Assembly (NCBI GenBank): GCA_951813605.1
Contig: OX638379.1
Location: 3,730,062-3,794,061 of the forward strand
From: an uncultured Bryobacterales bacterium
GTDB taxonomy: Bacteria > Acidobacteriota > Terriglobia > Bryobacterales > UBA6623
Length of the DNA: 64,000 nt
Direction: 5' to 3'
Of the stretch, positions 20,017 to 30,940 are shown piece by piece. The notes beneath the pieces are model-generated. The model did no database searches and had not been told where the DNA came from. It saw nothing but the letters and a program-made list of their open reading frames with translations. The translations under genes were made by a program, and so were the position numbers. Each line of letters opens with the position of its first letter. Position 1 is the stretch's first letter.

Positions 20017-21929
20017 CGGTTGAACTTGCCGCGGTCGCGGGCGAACGAATTCTTGCGCATTGCCATCGACTGGTCCAAGGCCTTCTTCGCGTCCTCGAGC
20101 TGCCCGAGCTGCCGATACGCCTGAAACAAGGAGTAATGAATGTCGCCGTAATAGTCGAAGGCCAAGCTCTGCTCAAGCTCTGCCGCGGCTTCCTCGAACC
20201 GCCCGACCCGGAGGTAGGCCCGCCCGAGACTGGGACGCGCCTCAATCAGGTTCGGGTCGCGTCGCAGCGCGGCCTTCAAGAAGCGGATCGACTCCGCGTG
20301 CTGCTGCCTGGCCACGTAAAGTCGTCCTACGGAGTAGAGGGTGCGCGGATTCCCTTCGTCGAGTTCGAGGGCTCGCTCCAAGGATTGCTGGGCCTCGTCG
20401 TAGGCGTTGTTCAGCAGGTAAATCAGACCCAGGCTTCGGTGCAATTCGGCCTCGTCGGGCTTGATCTCGAGTGCACGACGGTACTCGGCGATCGCCTCGT
20501 CATCCGCTTGCCGCTGCCGGTGCGCCTCGGCTCGCAGCTGATGCACCCGCCACGATCCCGGCGCGAGTTCCTCGACCCGCCGGAAACACCGGTCCGCAAG
20601 CGACTGAAGCGTTCGCGCGGTCCAATAGATCGCCTCGGACGACGGCTCCTCGGACCCGCGCATTGCGTGCGTGAAGGCGATCACCGCCCGCTCGTCCCGG
20701 CGCAGTGCGAGATACGCCCGCCCGAGCAGCAGGAGGTCCCCTCTCGTGAGCGACGGGCTCGATTCCATCGCGCCAACACATGCCGAGTACATGTGGTTGC
20801 GGCACAATTCGCCGGGTGACAACGATCCGGGCACACGTGCCGGTGCTCTCTCCAATTCCCTCTCGAGCAGCGACCGCTGGAAGCGCGCCCGCTCGGCGTC
20901 CCCGGACTGGTCGAAGAGAACCGCTTGCAGGAACCGCGAGGGCCCGCCGTCGGCGCGCGGCAAGGCGCCGATCAATTTCAGGGCTGATTCACGCGGAATC
21001 CCTTGCGCGAGGAAATCTGGTCGTTGCACAAGCCAAATCGGAAAGGACTTCCAGACCTTCCCGACGTTGCCGAGAGCGGCCGCGGAGTCGCCGCGCGCCA
21101 AGTGCACCTCGGCCAAGCCTAGCCAGGCCTGCTCCGAGCGCGGATCGACTCGCAATTCCGCACGGAACTGCCGTTCCGCCTCGACGCGGTCCCCGAGATG
21201 GAGACGAGCCCGTCCCAATGAGTGGTGCAAGCCCGGCAAGTCGGGCCGTTTCTCGATGGCCGCTTCGTAGTACGGGACTGCCGCGTCCCAGGCCTGGCTC
21301 AAGCCCAGCATATCGGCTCCCAGGCGCGACGCCCACACGGACTCCGGCTGGCCTATCACTAAGCTTCCAGCCAGTTCGCTCATCAGGTTCATGTAATCCC
21401 GACCGAGGCGGAACCAAGCATCGGTCTTGTCAAGGCCGTGCAAGAACGCCGCCTGGAACTCGCGCACTGCTCCAGCGTAGTCGCTTTGGGCAAGATGGCA
21501 CGCGGCCAGCGCCCGCCGGGCCTCCAAGTTGCCCGGGCTGTTCTTCAGGCTGCGCTCCAGCGAGGGAATGGCCTTGGCGGGCGAGCCGAGCTTGAGGTGC
21601 CCGAGGCCGAGAAAGAGGTGTGCGACCGGCAGTTCGGGCTTCTCGGCGACAACCCGTTCCAGTTGCGCGACGGTTTCCTCGTACTTGCTTTGGAGGAACA
21701 GGACCAAGCCGAGATTAGCGCGTGCCTCGGAGAGCTCCGGAGCCAGTTCCAACACACCCCGGTACTTCGTTTCCGCTAACCCGAATTGCCCTGTCTGCAT
21801 GGCCTTCTGGCCTGCAAGGAATCGACTCATGACCGCTTCCCGATGGGAGCCGTCTCCTGGTTGGGCCGGCACCCCGGCAGCCAAGCAGAAGATGGAAAGA
21901 AGCAAGGCGACCATCCGAGCCGGATGCAT
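19998..21929 (-). CDS. secreted TPR-repeat protein
   Basis: Signal peptide MHPARMVALLLSIFCLAAGVPAQ (start ATG 21929), followed by many 34-aa TPR units (e.g. AEAHRQRQADDEAIAEYRRALEIKPDEAELHRSLG). Its 3' end overlaps the CRTAC1 start by 19 nt. Confidence 0.8.
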   Translation of the reverse strand: MHPARMVALLLSIFCLAAGVPAQPGDGSHREAVMSRFLAGQKAMQTGQFGLAETKYRGVLELAPELSEARANLGLVLFLQSKYEETVAQLERVVAEKPELPVAHLFLGLGHLKLGSPAKAIPSLERSLKNSPGNLEARRALAACHLAQSDYAGAVREFQAAFLHGLDKTDAWFRLGRDYMNLMSELAGSLVIGQPESVWASRLGADMLGLSQAWDAAVPYYEAAIEKRPDLPGLHHSLGRARLHLGDRVEAERQFRAELRVDPRSEQAWLGLAEVHLARGDSAAALGNVGKVWKSFPIWLVQRPDFLAQGIPRESALKLIGALPRADGGPSRFLQAVLFDQSGDAERARFQRSLLERELERAPARVPGSLSPGELCRNHMYSACVGAMESSPSLTRGDLLLLGRAYLALRRDERAVIAFTHAMRGSEEPSSEAIYWTARTLQSLADRCFRRVEELAPGSWRVHQLRAEAHRQRQADDEAIAEYRRALEIKPDEAELHRSLGLIYLLNNAYDEAQQSLERALELDEGNPRTLYSVGRLYVARQQHAESIRFLKAALRRDPNLIEARPSLGRAYLRVGRFEEAAAELEQSLAFDYYGDIHYSLFQAYRQLGQLEDAKKALDQSMAMRKNSFARDRGKFNRWIKSE

Positions 21930-22131
21930 CTTTGGTTCTCTGCCGGCGGTCAGGTGAAAGAACCGCACCCTGGGGATGGCCCAGCGCCCAGGCACCCGCA
22001 CCTCGCCGCTCGCCGGCCCGCGCCTTGGCGGTGCGACAGTCGGTGCGGCGCTCAGGTCAACCACGGTGCCCGCTGAGAAAGCCGGGAAGCGATGCACATC
22101 TCTCCCCGGCACGGTTGCTATGTCGCGGCCG

Positions 22132-25100
22132 TCAGAAGAGCACTCGCAACCCGAATTGCACGAGTCGCGGCACTCCTCGCGTGCCGCTGATCACCCCGAA
22201 TTGCGGCGTGCCGAGACTGGAGCCCGGATGCCGGAATGTCGGCGTGTTGAACAGGTTGAAGAATTCGGTTCGGAACTCGAGGCCGACTCGCTCGCCGATC
22301 TGCGTTCGCTTGAAGATCGCGAAATCCCACTGCGCTGTGCCCGGGCCTCGTACGTCGGGCAGTACCCGCCCGGTGTTCCCGAACGTGAAAGCTGTCGGCT
22401 GGCTGAATACGTCCGTCCTGAAGTACTGCTTCAGCCGCGTCTGCGGGTCACCCGAGAGTTCCGCGCTCGTTCCGTTGTTGTTCGGGAACTGGGAGCCGCC
22501 GAATGAATTCGATAGGTTCCGCGAGGTGCCCACGCCGATCGGGAACCCGCGCTGGATCGTGGTCACGCCGTTGACGCCCCACCCGCCGATGACGGCGTTG
22601 GCCGCACCCGAGAGGTTGCCTCCGATCGGCTTGCCCTTGCCGAAGGGCAGGTCGAGCACGTAACTCAGCACGAAGCGCTGGGAAACGTCGAACGCGGCCA
22701 GTGACTTCAACGAGCGGAGATCGTTATTGTTGCCGCCCGTCGCCCAGCCCTGCGCGCTGAAGCCCTCGAGCCCGTCGAGCCATCCCGTCAAGGTCCCAGC
22801 GTCGGTGATCAGCTTGCCCGCCGTATAGGAGGCCAGCAGGCTGGCTCCGCCGGTGAATCGTCGCTCGACCTTTGCCTGGAACGAGTGGTATGTCGAGCTG
22901 CGGTTGGTCGGCCCCGCCATCGACACGTTCGTGAACTGCGGGAAGGGCCGCAGGAGCTGACCGCGCGCAACCGTCGGCTGGGACAACGGCCCTGTCGCGA
23001 TCGACGTGCCGTGAAACGGGTTCGGAACCTGCTCGTTGAGCTGGGTCCCGAGCGAGAGGTGCTGGTCGGGCAACTGGTTGATCGTCTGGGCGTTGACCGG
23101 CAGGCTGGTCCCTTTCGATCCGGCGTAGGCAATGTCCACCAAGGTGCCGTCGGCGAGCTGGCGCTGGATATTGAAGTTCCACTGCTGCATGTAGCCGAGA
23201 GGCTGGTTCGGAACCGGCGACTGAATCGCGAGACCCCCCACGAGCGTGTTGAGGAACGTCGTGTCGCGCCCCGGGGGCAGGAGAACGCCGTCGGGGAAGG
23301 GATTACTCAGCACCCTATAAGGCGTAACGCCGCCATCGAGCGAGCTGATCCACGGAGTTGCAATCGTGTTGACGATGTCTAGGTTCGGAGCGATCGCAAA
23401 GGCAACATCGTTCGGCAACCAGAAAATGCCGTATCCGGCCCGGATCACGGTCTTGTCGTTCAAGCGGTACGCGATTCCCAAGCGGGGAGCAAACGCGTTG
23501 CGGTCGTCAAGACGCGTCCGCGAATCCCGGAGTTCGGAGTTCACGAGCCCGAGTTGCCCTCGCAAGTCCAGGCCGGTCTCCGCGGACAGCGGATTGGCGG
23601 AATCGAGCGCGAGCACCGTCATATTGTCGAAACGCTCCGAGAAGTTCCCCGAGCGCTCCCAGCGGAGCCCGATGTTGACGGTCAGCTTGTCGTTGACTTG
23701 CCATTGGTCGTTGAGGTACGCAGCGCGATAGATCATCTGGCCGGCGACCAGCCCGGGAGTGTTGATGGCGCCGCCCGTGCCCGTACCGAGCAGGAACGAG
23801 GCGAAGCCCCAGCCGCCTGTCGGATCGAACGGATCGTCCGCCGTGAACTTGGAGTTAAAGCTGAATATCCCGCTCGGCGTGTTGCTTTGCGCGTAGTTGT
23901 GCGTCAGCCGCCGCACATCGCCGCCGATCTTCAACGTGTGCCGGCCGCGGATCAGTGTCAGGCTGGGAAGAACCGCGGCGTTTTCCTGACGCGCGATGAT
24001 GATGCTGCCGGTTCCTTGGCCGCAAAAGACCCTGTAGCCCTCGACGCATGGCGTTGGAATGTGGCGGAAATTCTCCGGGATCTGGCTCACCAAAGCCGAT
24101 GGCCAGGCGAATTGGGAAAGGTCAATTCCTTGGCTCGCAGGCGACCGGTCATACCGGAAGCGCGTCCAACCCAAGCGAATATCGAGGATCGTGGTCGGCG
24201 AGATCAGGTACGTGTCGCCAAGCGCGATCTGATTGGTGGTGAAATTCTCCGGTCCCGCGTCAATATGGGCGCCCGTGCTGTACGGGTCGACGCCAAACGT
24301 GAGGTTGTCCCACCATGTCCAGCGCCCCATCATGCGGTGCTTGTCGCTGGCAGTCCAGTCGACGCGGTTGTTGAGCTGGTCGTTGTCGCCGCCGTCGCTC
24401 GCATTCGCGGCGTAGTTGAAGTTGAGGCCGGGCTGGTTGGGCGTGCTCCACAGGTGGCTGAGTGACTTCGACGTGGGATCCAGCAACGAGTCGGGGACCT
24501 TGTTGTTCCCGAACGCGGTTCTTGGAAGGTCCTTAGCGCTGGTGATCGAGAACGGATCGTGGATCGTCTTGTCCAGTTCCGAAAAATCGCCAGTCTGCAT
24601 CAGAGGTGTCGGCGAGTCGAGAAGCAGCGACCGTCCCTGGCGCTGCCGGTACGACTCGTAGGAAGAGAAGAAAAAAATCTTGTCCCTAGCGATTGGGCCG
24701 CCGACATTCGCGCCCCACTGGTTCTGCACGAACGGGGGCGTGCCGATGCCGCTGGCGTTGTTGAAGAAGGTGTTGGAGTTCAGCGCCTTGTTCCGCAGGA
24801 ACTCGTAGGCCGAGCCATGGAACTCGTTTCCGCCCGATTTCGTGGTCATGTTGATGACGCCGCCGGCGAAACGGCCGAACTCGGCGCCGAGGTTATTGGT
24901 CTGGATCTTGAATTCCTGTACCGCGTCCTGCGTCGGCACCAGTGCGGTCAGATTTATGTAGCCCACGTTGACGGGCGCGCCGTCCAGCGTGGTGGCGCTC
25001 TGGTTCGACTGGCCACCGCCGATCTGGTAGTTGCCCCACGCGAAGACGTTCACGCCGGTCGGGCTCTGCATGGACTGGCCCTGCGGCACGACGCCCGGCG

Positions 25101-25584
25101 CGAGAGCCACGAGGTTCAGCACGTTGCGCCCGTTCAAGGGCGTCTCGGTGACCTTGCGGGACTCGACGACCTGGCCGAGGGAAGAGGTTTGGGACTGCAG
25201 CAGCGGCGTGCTCGAGATGACCTCGACAACCTCGGTCACTTCGCCGATCTCCATGACCGGGTCGATGCGGATGCTGGCTTCGACCTCCACGACGATCGGC
25301 TCTTGCGAAAACAGCTTGAAGCCGTCCGACCTCGCCTCGAGGCGGTACTGGCCCGGAACGAGGTTCACGAAGCGGTAAAGGCCGACGGCCTCCGTCTCCT
25401 GGACGCGCTGCTCGCCGGTGGCGAGGTTGGAGAGTGTCACGGTTGCACCGGGAATAACGGCGCCGGTCGAATCCTGGACAGACCCCACCAAGGTTCCGTA
25501 GAAGGTCTGCGCGTAGGCCGCCCCAGAAAGGACCGTCAGGCAAACCGCCAGAACGGCTGACAGTTCAAGCTTTCGGATTTTCAT
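22132..25584 (-). CDS. TonB-dependent receptor, Oar-like (carboxypeptidase-regulatory domain + plug + large barrel)
   Basis: 1150 aa. Signal ...GAAYAQT. GSVQDSTGAVIPGATVTLSNLATGEQR...YRFVNLVPGQYRLEA. Plug ETPLNGRNVLNLVALAPGV. C-terminus ...FGLRVLF. Confidence 0.9.
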   Translation of the reverse strand: MKIRKLELSAVLAVCLTVLSGAAYAQTFYGTLVGSVQDSTGAVIPGATVTLSNLATGEQRVQETEAVGLYRFVNLVPGQYRLEARSDGFKLFSQEPIVVEVEASIRIDPVMEIGEVTEVVEVISSTPLLQSQTSSLGQVVESRKVTETPLNGRNVLNLVALAPGVVPQGQSMQSPTGVNVFAWGNYQIGGGQSNQSATTLDGAPVNVGYINLTALVPTQDAVQEFKIQTNNLGAEFGRFAGGVINMTTKSGGNEFHGSAYEFLRNKALNSNTFFNNASGIGTPPFVQNQWGANVGGPIARDKIFFFSSYESYRQRQGRSLLLDSPTPLMQTGDFSELDKTIHDPFSITSAKDLPRTAFGNNKVPDSLLDPTSKSLSHLWSTPNQPGLNFNYAANASDGGDNDQLNNRVDWTASDKHRMMGRWTWWDNLTFGVDPYSTGAHIDAGPENFTTNQIALGDTYLISPTTILDIRLGWTRFRYDRSPASQGIDLSQFAWPSALVSQIPENFRHIPTPCVEGYRVFCGQGTGSIIIARQENAAVLPSLTLIRGRHTLKIGGDVRRLTHNYAQSNTPSGIFSFNSKFTADDPFDPTGGWGFASFLLGTGTGGAINTPGLVAGQMIYRAAYLNDQWQVNDKLTVNIGLRWERSGNFSERFDNMTVLALDSANPLSAETGLDLRGQLGLVNSELRDSRTRLDDRNAFAPRLGIAYRLNDKTVIRAGYGIFWLPNDVAFAIAPNLDIVNTIATPWISSLDGGVTPYRVLSNPFPDGVLLPPGRDTTFLNTLVGGLAIQSPVPNQPLGYMQQWNFNIQRQLADGTLVDIAYAGSKGTSLPVNAQTINQLPDQHLSLGTQLNEQVPNPFHGTSIATGPLSQPTVARGQLLRPFPQFTNVSMAGPTNRSSTYHSFQAKVERRFTGGASLLASYTAGKLITDAGTLTGWLDGLEGFSAQGWATGGNNNDLRSLKSLAAFDVSQRFVLSYVLDLPFGKGKPIGGNLSGAANAVIGGWGVNGVTTIQRGFPIGVGTSRNLSNSFGGSQFPNNNGTSAELSGDPQTRLKQYFRTDVFSQPTAFTFGNTGRVLPDVRGPGTAQWDFAIFKRTQIGERVGLEFRTEFFNLFNTPTFRHPGSSLGTPQFGVISGTRGVPRLVQFGLRVLF

Positions 25585-26550
25585 CTGCTTCTCCAGTTAC
25601 TTGCGACGCGACCAATAGCGGACACGCCTAAACGACTATAGCAATGGGCATTGGCGTTGCTGCAATGCCGCAACGCTCCGCGGCTGCCGGGCGGCCAATG
25701 CCACGACCTCCAGCTCGGTTACACCGATGAGGCCGGGCCGCTCGCGTTCGGCGCCAACTGGACTCGGCAGCCTACCGATGCGGACCCGTCCGGGGATCCG
25801 GCGGCAGCGGCGGACGACGCGGTGCTGGACGGCCCTGCATCGATTCCCTGCGGCACGCGCTAGCCTAGTTTGCTCTTCGGACTCTAGTCCCGGCTGTGCG
25901 GCCGCGGGCTGGATCACCTCGCAGCGAACAATTGATCTTCCGTCGCAACGGGTGCGGGCAGGAATTGCCCCTGAGTCGCGCCCGGTCACGTCAGCAAGAG
26001 CGGTCACGGTTTCAGGCGCAGTTGCAACCGCTTTGCACTCGGGCGGATTCTCGGCGGCTGCGCGCTCAAATGCGAGCCCGCAACCCGCGGGGTCGAGTCC
26101 ATCGAGCCCTCGCTAGGGGTGTCGCCCGATATGGTCGCGACTGCCGCCCGATGCAACGCTTGGCGGGGCTCGCGACGATCCAGATGTCTCTGAGAACGAC
26201 CATGGTCCGATCCGCTGCTCGAACTCAGCCCCCGAGCGCCGACCGGGCGGCGGGATTCGAGTGCCAGGCTCCGTGCGCACTCGACGAAACCCCGCCAATG
26301 CCCGTCGAGCTGCCCGAGTACCGGTCGCCGGGGCGCGTGGCGGCGAATCGCGCCGGGGCGCTTCCCGCCGACTCGGCCAAGACCGTGGCAACGCCGCATC
26401 GCGAGGCGCGGTTGCCTGCGTGGCGGGAGTTTCAAAACTATTACAATCCTAATTGACACGGTGTTGCAGATAGTGCTAGGTTCGCTTCTTGGCGGACTCG
26501 TCCGGGCTCGCCGTTTTGTAAGTACGCTCAACTCGAAAGAAAGGGCCCAA

Positions 26551-28914
26551 GTGCGTTTACTAGCTGGACGGGCGCGAACACTCGCGCCAGCCATCCTTGT
26601 CTCGGCGATGTCCCTGCAGGGCCGGGTCGTGAGCGGGGAGCTGACCGGCCCAGGCGGCTTCCCCATCGCGGGTGCCACCGTGGAAGTGATTGAAACCGGC
26701 GAGTCTACGCTATCCGACAGTGTCGGCGTCTACAGCTTGCCCGAGGTTCCCGTCGGGCCGTTCACCCTGCGGGTGACCGCCACGGGCTTTGAGCCTGTCG
26801 AAGTGCGCGGGTCGGCGGAGACCACGGAAATCTCACTCGAGGTGTCCGTCCTGAAGCGCAACGCCGCGTCAATCGAAGTGGTCGCCACGGTCGAGGACCT
26901 GCGGGCAGCGATACCGGGCTCGGTGCATATCATCAGCAAAGAGGAGCTGCTCGCAGCGAAGCCGATCGACGCGAACGAGATGCTTCGGCAGGTGCCGGGA
27001 GTCAACCTTCGCGAGGACTCTGGTCCGGTCGCGATGCGGTTGAACATCGGCATGCGCGGTCTGAATCCGAACCGCAGCCGCAAGGTGCTGATGCTAGAGG
27101 ACGGCCTCCCTATCGCGCTGGCCCCCTACGGGGAACCGGACATGTACTACTCCCCGCCGATCGAGCGGATGAGCCGGGTCGAGGTCCTCAAGGGAAGCGG
27201 CCAGATCGCGCACGGGCCGCAAACGATTGGAGGGGTCGTGAACTTCGTCACTCCCTCGCCACCTTCGGAATTCCACGGCGAGATTGACGCAGAAGGCGGG
27301 CAACGGGGCCTGTTCGTGGGCCAGGCCTCACTAGGAGGCAGCAATCGAGACCAATCTATCGGCTGGATTGCGAATTACTTGCACAAGCAGGGGGATGGCT
27401 GGCGGCAGTTCTACTACGACATCGAGGACGCGCAAACCAAGTTCAACCTAAGGCCGAACAATCGCCACTCGCTGGCGCTAAAGTTCGGGGTGTACGACGA
27501 GATCTCGAACTCCACCTATCTCGGGCTCACGACGCCGATGTATGAACAGAACCCAAATCAGAACCCTGTCACCGCCGACACACTTGATGTCGAGCGTCGG
27601 TCCGGCTCGTTGTCCCACGCTTTCACGATCAGCCCCGACGCTGTCCTGAGCAGCTCGGTTTTCCTGTACTCCACCAAGCGGCACTGGGGGCGGCAGGACT
27701 TCGACCGGTCGGATACGGGACGGGCCTACCTGGGGGTGGCCGGCGATCCGAGCGTCGCGGGGGGAGCGCTGTACCTGCGGGACTCGTCCGGGAACCGCAA
27801 CCGCTTGTTCAACGTGTACGGGGCGCAAACGAATTACGGCTTGGAGCACACGCACGGCCATCTAGACCTTGGTGTTCGCTACATCTACGAGAGGGCTCAC
27901 GACCGGCGCGTCAACGGGGACCAGTTTAACGCCAAGACCGGGACAGTTCGCGACGACGAGTTCCGTTACGGGAGGGCGTTCGCCGGGTACGCGCAGAATC
28001 GCTTCCTGCTCGGTTCGCGGGTCACCCTCACGCCCGGCGTCCGCTTTGTGCATTACAAGCAGGAACGGCACATCACGCGCAAGCGGGTGTCCGGGGTCCC
28101 GACGAACGTGGACATACGCAAGGACAACGGTGTCACGACCACGATTCCAGGCCTAGGATTCTCGGTACGGGCGTTCGAAGACGTGACGTTCTTCACGGGA
28201 GTCCATCGAGGATTCGCGCCTCCCGGGACCAAGATCGCGATCACCAGCGGCGGCGAGAACCTTGATCTGGACTCGGAACTCTCTTGGAACTACGAGGCCG
28301 GCGTCCGGCTAGCGGGCCATCGGAAGGTTTCCGGGGAATTCGCCTTCTTCCGCATGGACTTCTCCAACCAGATCATCACAGCCGCCGAGTCGGGGGGCGC
28401 GACAACGACGGTCACCAACGGCGGCGCGACGCTGCACCAGGGATTCGAGAGCTCGGTCAGAGTCCATTGGGACAAAGTTGCCGACATCCCCGGATGGAGC
28501 CTGCATACCGACGTGCGGCACATGTTTCTGCCGATCGCCAAGTTCACGGACAACGAACTCTTCGGTGGAAACCGCCTGCCCTACGCCCCGGAGCAAACGT
28601 TCGGAGTAATCGTCGGCGCGCGACAGTACCGGGGATTCAGCATCCACCTCGATCTCAACGCGGTTGCAGGCCAGTTTGGCGACAACAGGCAGACGGTCGA
28701 GCCATCGGCTGACGGGACAGTCGGCAGGGTCCCGTCCTACCGAGTGGCCAACCTAGCGATTGGATACGAGATCCGGCGCGAGCGATGGATGTTCGAGCCG
28801 TACTTCACGATCAAGAACGCATTCAACGAGCTATACATTTCGTCCCGAGCTCCGCAGGGAATCCAGCCAGGACTGTTTCGGCAAGTCAACGGCGGCCTGC
28901 GTATCAGCTTCTAA
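26551..28914 (+). CDS. TonB-dependent receptor (carboxypeptidase-regulatory domain + plug + 22-strand-type barrel)
   Basis: GRVVSGELTGPGGFPIAGATVEVIETGES...FTLRVTATGFEP. Plug LRQVPGVNLREDSG...MRGLNPNRSRKVLMLEDGLPI...RVEVLKGSGQIAHGPQTIGGVVNFVT. C-terminus ...GGLRISF. Start proposed at GTG 26551, with AAAGG upstream; the ORF track starts at 26461. Confidence 0.9.
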   Translation: MRLLAGRARTLAPAILVSAMSLQGRVVSGELTGPGGFPIAGATVEVIETGESTLSDSVGVYSLPEVPVGPFTLRVTATGFEPVEVRGSAETTEISLEVSVLKRNAASIEVVATVEDLRAAIPGSVHIISKEELLAAKPIDANEMLRQVPGVNLREDSGPVAMRLNIGMRGLNPNRSRKVLMLEDGLPIALAPYGEPDMYYSPPIERMSRVEVLKGSGQIAHGPQTIGGVVNFVTPSPPSEFHGEIDAEGGQRGLFVGQASLGGSNRDQSIGWIANYLHKQGDGWRQFYYDIEDAQTKFNLRPNNRHSLALKFGVYDEISNSTYLGLTTPMYEQNPNQNPVTADTLDVERRSGSLSHAFTISPDAVLSSSVFLYSTKRHWGRQDFDRSDTGRAYLGVAGDPSVAGGALYLRDSSGNRNRLFNVYGAQTNYGLEHTHGHLDLGVRYIYERAHDRRVNGDQFNAKTGTVRDDEFRYGRAFAGYAQNRFLLGSRVTLTPGVRFVHYKQERHITRKRVSGVPTNVDIRKDNGVTTTIPGLGFSVRAFEDVTFFTGVHRGFAPPGTKIAITSGGENLDLDSELSWNYEAGVRLAGHRKVSGEFAFFRMDFSNQIITAAESGGATTTVTNGGATLHQGFESSVRVHWDKVADIPGWSLHTDVRHMFLPIAKFTDNELFGGNRLPYAPEQTFGVIVGARQYRGFSIHLDLNAVAGQFGDNRQTVEPSADGTVGRVPSYRVANLAIGYEIRRERWMFEPYFTIKNAFNELYISSRAPQGIQPGLFRQVNGGLRISF

Positions 28915-29285
28915 GGCCCGACATAGCGGTCGGCCCCCCCGGGCGTACGAGTTAATCTGTTCGACTTTCAATCGCAAAAGGACAGATCGCTCGAGCGGCG
29001 ACGACTGGAGTTGGACAGGGTCGGTAATGCCTCCGGCGTCTGTGTATTGCAACGCGGCCCAAGGCAAGGCATCTCCGCCTGCGGGAGCGGATCGGTCGAG
29101 AGTGCAGAGGCCACGACATCGAGAGCCTGTCAGTGGTCGTGGCTGCAACAAGTTGCCAATTCGGCTCAACAATGGCGCAAACTCCTCGTTCTTGCCGACC
29201 TGAGATGCGATCAAAGGAAATCGATACGGCCTATGTACCCATGGTTCTGGCGGGTCTGCAGTCGGTAGAATAGGCGCGGCCGCCC

Positions 29286-30770
29286 ATGCCCAGACCACCG
29301 TTTGTCATTGCCGCCGCAACTCGTCGCGGTTTCCTCTCAACGATTTCCTCTGCCGGAATCGGTTCGCTGCTAGGCTGCGTCGACCAGTCCCGCAGGAAGG
29401 TAGGCTCGAGCGCTCAGCCTCCCAACATCGTGCTCATCGTCGCGGACGATCTGGGTTACGGGGAACTCGGCTGCTACGGGCAGGACAAGATCCTGACGCC
29501 AAACATCGACCGGATGGCCACCGAGGGCATGCGGTTCTCGGACGCCTATTCGGGCTGCTCGGTTTGCGCTCCAGCCCGCAGCGTGCTGATGACCGGGATG
29601 CATATCGGCCACACCTCGGTGCGGTCCAACCCCGGCGGAGTGCCGATCCTGCCCGAGGACGTGACGGTCGCGGAACTTCTGAAGGATCAAGGCTACGCAA
29701 CAGGCTGCTTCGGCAAATGGGGCCTCGGCGACATCGGCACGGAGGGGGTCCCTTGGAAGCAGGGCTTCGACGAATTCGTCGGCTACCTCCACCAGGCTCA
29801 TGCCCATTACTTCTACCCGCACTACATCTACGACAACGACCGAGAGCTCCATCTCGAGGGCAACGAAGGAGACGGGCGAGGCACGTACTCGCACGACGTG
29901 ATCGCCGACAGGGCTCTCGAGTTCATCGAGAGGAACAAGGAAGGGCCCTTCTTTTGCTACGCGCCGTTTACCATTCCCCACGCGGAATACGTCGCGCCCG
30001 ACGACGGGATCTACGAGCAATACAGCGGCAAGTTCGAGGAAGTCGAGCTTCCCGAGAACCGGAACCGGCCAGAACGCCTGATTCGACCGGAAGAGCCTCA
30101 CGCCACCTTGGCCGCGATGATCACGCGACTGGACCGCGACGTGGGGCGCATCCTGCAACGGACCGCCGATCTGGGCTTGGAAGAAGAGACGATCGTGTTC
30201 TTCACCTCCGACAACGGGGCGGCAGCGGCCAGATGGACCGAATACTTTCAAAGCAGCGGCCCTCTGCGGGGCTTGAAAGGAACCTTCTATGAGGGCGGCG
30301 TCCGGGTGCCGATGCTGGTGCGCTGGCCAGGGAAAATCGAAGCCGAGTCAGAGAGCGACCATATATGGGGCTTCCAAGACTTCCTGTCGACTGCGGTCGA
30401 ATTGGCCGGCTCTGCCCCGCCGCGCGAGACCGATGGAATTTCCGTGGTTCCGACCTTGCTAGGCCGTGGCGTCCAAGAACGGCACGAGTACCTTTATTGG
30501 GAATTGCCTCGTTATCAGCGAGAGTCCGGGACTTTCCGTGACGAGATTCCTTCCCAAGGTCTGCGAATGGGCAAATGGAAGGCCGTGCGTCCGAGCCCGG
30601 ACGGCGCTGTGGAGCTCTACGACTTGGAGTCGGACCTCGGGGAGACTCTTGACGTCTCGGCAGAGCAGCCGGAGGTGATGGCGAGAATCCAGGCCCATTT
30701 TAGGGAGGCGCGCGAGCCGCCTAGGGCCCAGAGCGAACTTGACCACATTTGGTGGGAGCGGAAGGGCTGA
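29286..30770 (+). CDS. sulfatase (Cys-type), Tat-like/lipoprotein-like signal
   Basis: N-terminus RRGFLSTISSAGIGSLLGC. PNIVLIVADDLGYGELG. Signature SVCAPARSVLMTGMH. Confidence 0.9.
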   Translation: MPRPPFVIAAATRRGFLSTISSAGIGSLLGCVDQSRRKVGSSAQPPNIVLIVADDLGYGELGCYGQDKILTPNIDRMATEGMRFSDAYSGCSVCAPARSVLMTGMHIGHTSVRSNPGGVPILPEDVTVAELLKDQGYATGCFGKWGLGDIGTEGVPWKQGFDEFVGYLHQAHAHYFYPHYIYDNDRELHLEGNEGDGRGTYSHDVIADRALEFIERNKEGPFFCYAPFTIPHAEYVAPDDGIYEQYSGKFEEVELPENRNRPERLIRPEEPHATLAAMITRLDRDVGRILQRTADLGLEEETIVFFTSDNGAAAARWTEYFQSSGPLRGLKGTFYEGGVRVPMLVRWPGKIEAESESDHIWGFQDFLSTAVELAGSAPPRETDGISVVPTLLGRGVQERHEYLYWELPRYQRESGTFRDEIPSQGLRMGKWKAVRPSPDGAVELYDLESDLGETLDVSAEQPEVMARIQAHFREAREPPRAQSELDHIWWERKG

Positions 30771-30940
30771 GCCGCACTCGCGCAGCCTGGCCGGAATAGG
30801 TTGCGTTCGCTGCGCGGTGCCAGGCGGGCAGCGCGACAGCGCCGAGCAAAGGCGCCGCTAAGTCGCGCGGCAAGCCGTTGTCAACGATCCTGCATGCGCA
30901 CTCCATGCACGGAGTGGAAACCGATGATCGCCAAGCTCGC

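Noticed and set aside
26300-26400. A possible AraC-type HTH tail (VATVLAESAGSAPARFAATRPGDRY) on the minus strand between the divergent TBDRs.
   Set aside because: The match to the AraC C-terminal pattern is weak. There is no room for the rest of the protein without overlapping the TBDR at 26551.
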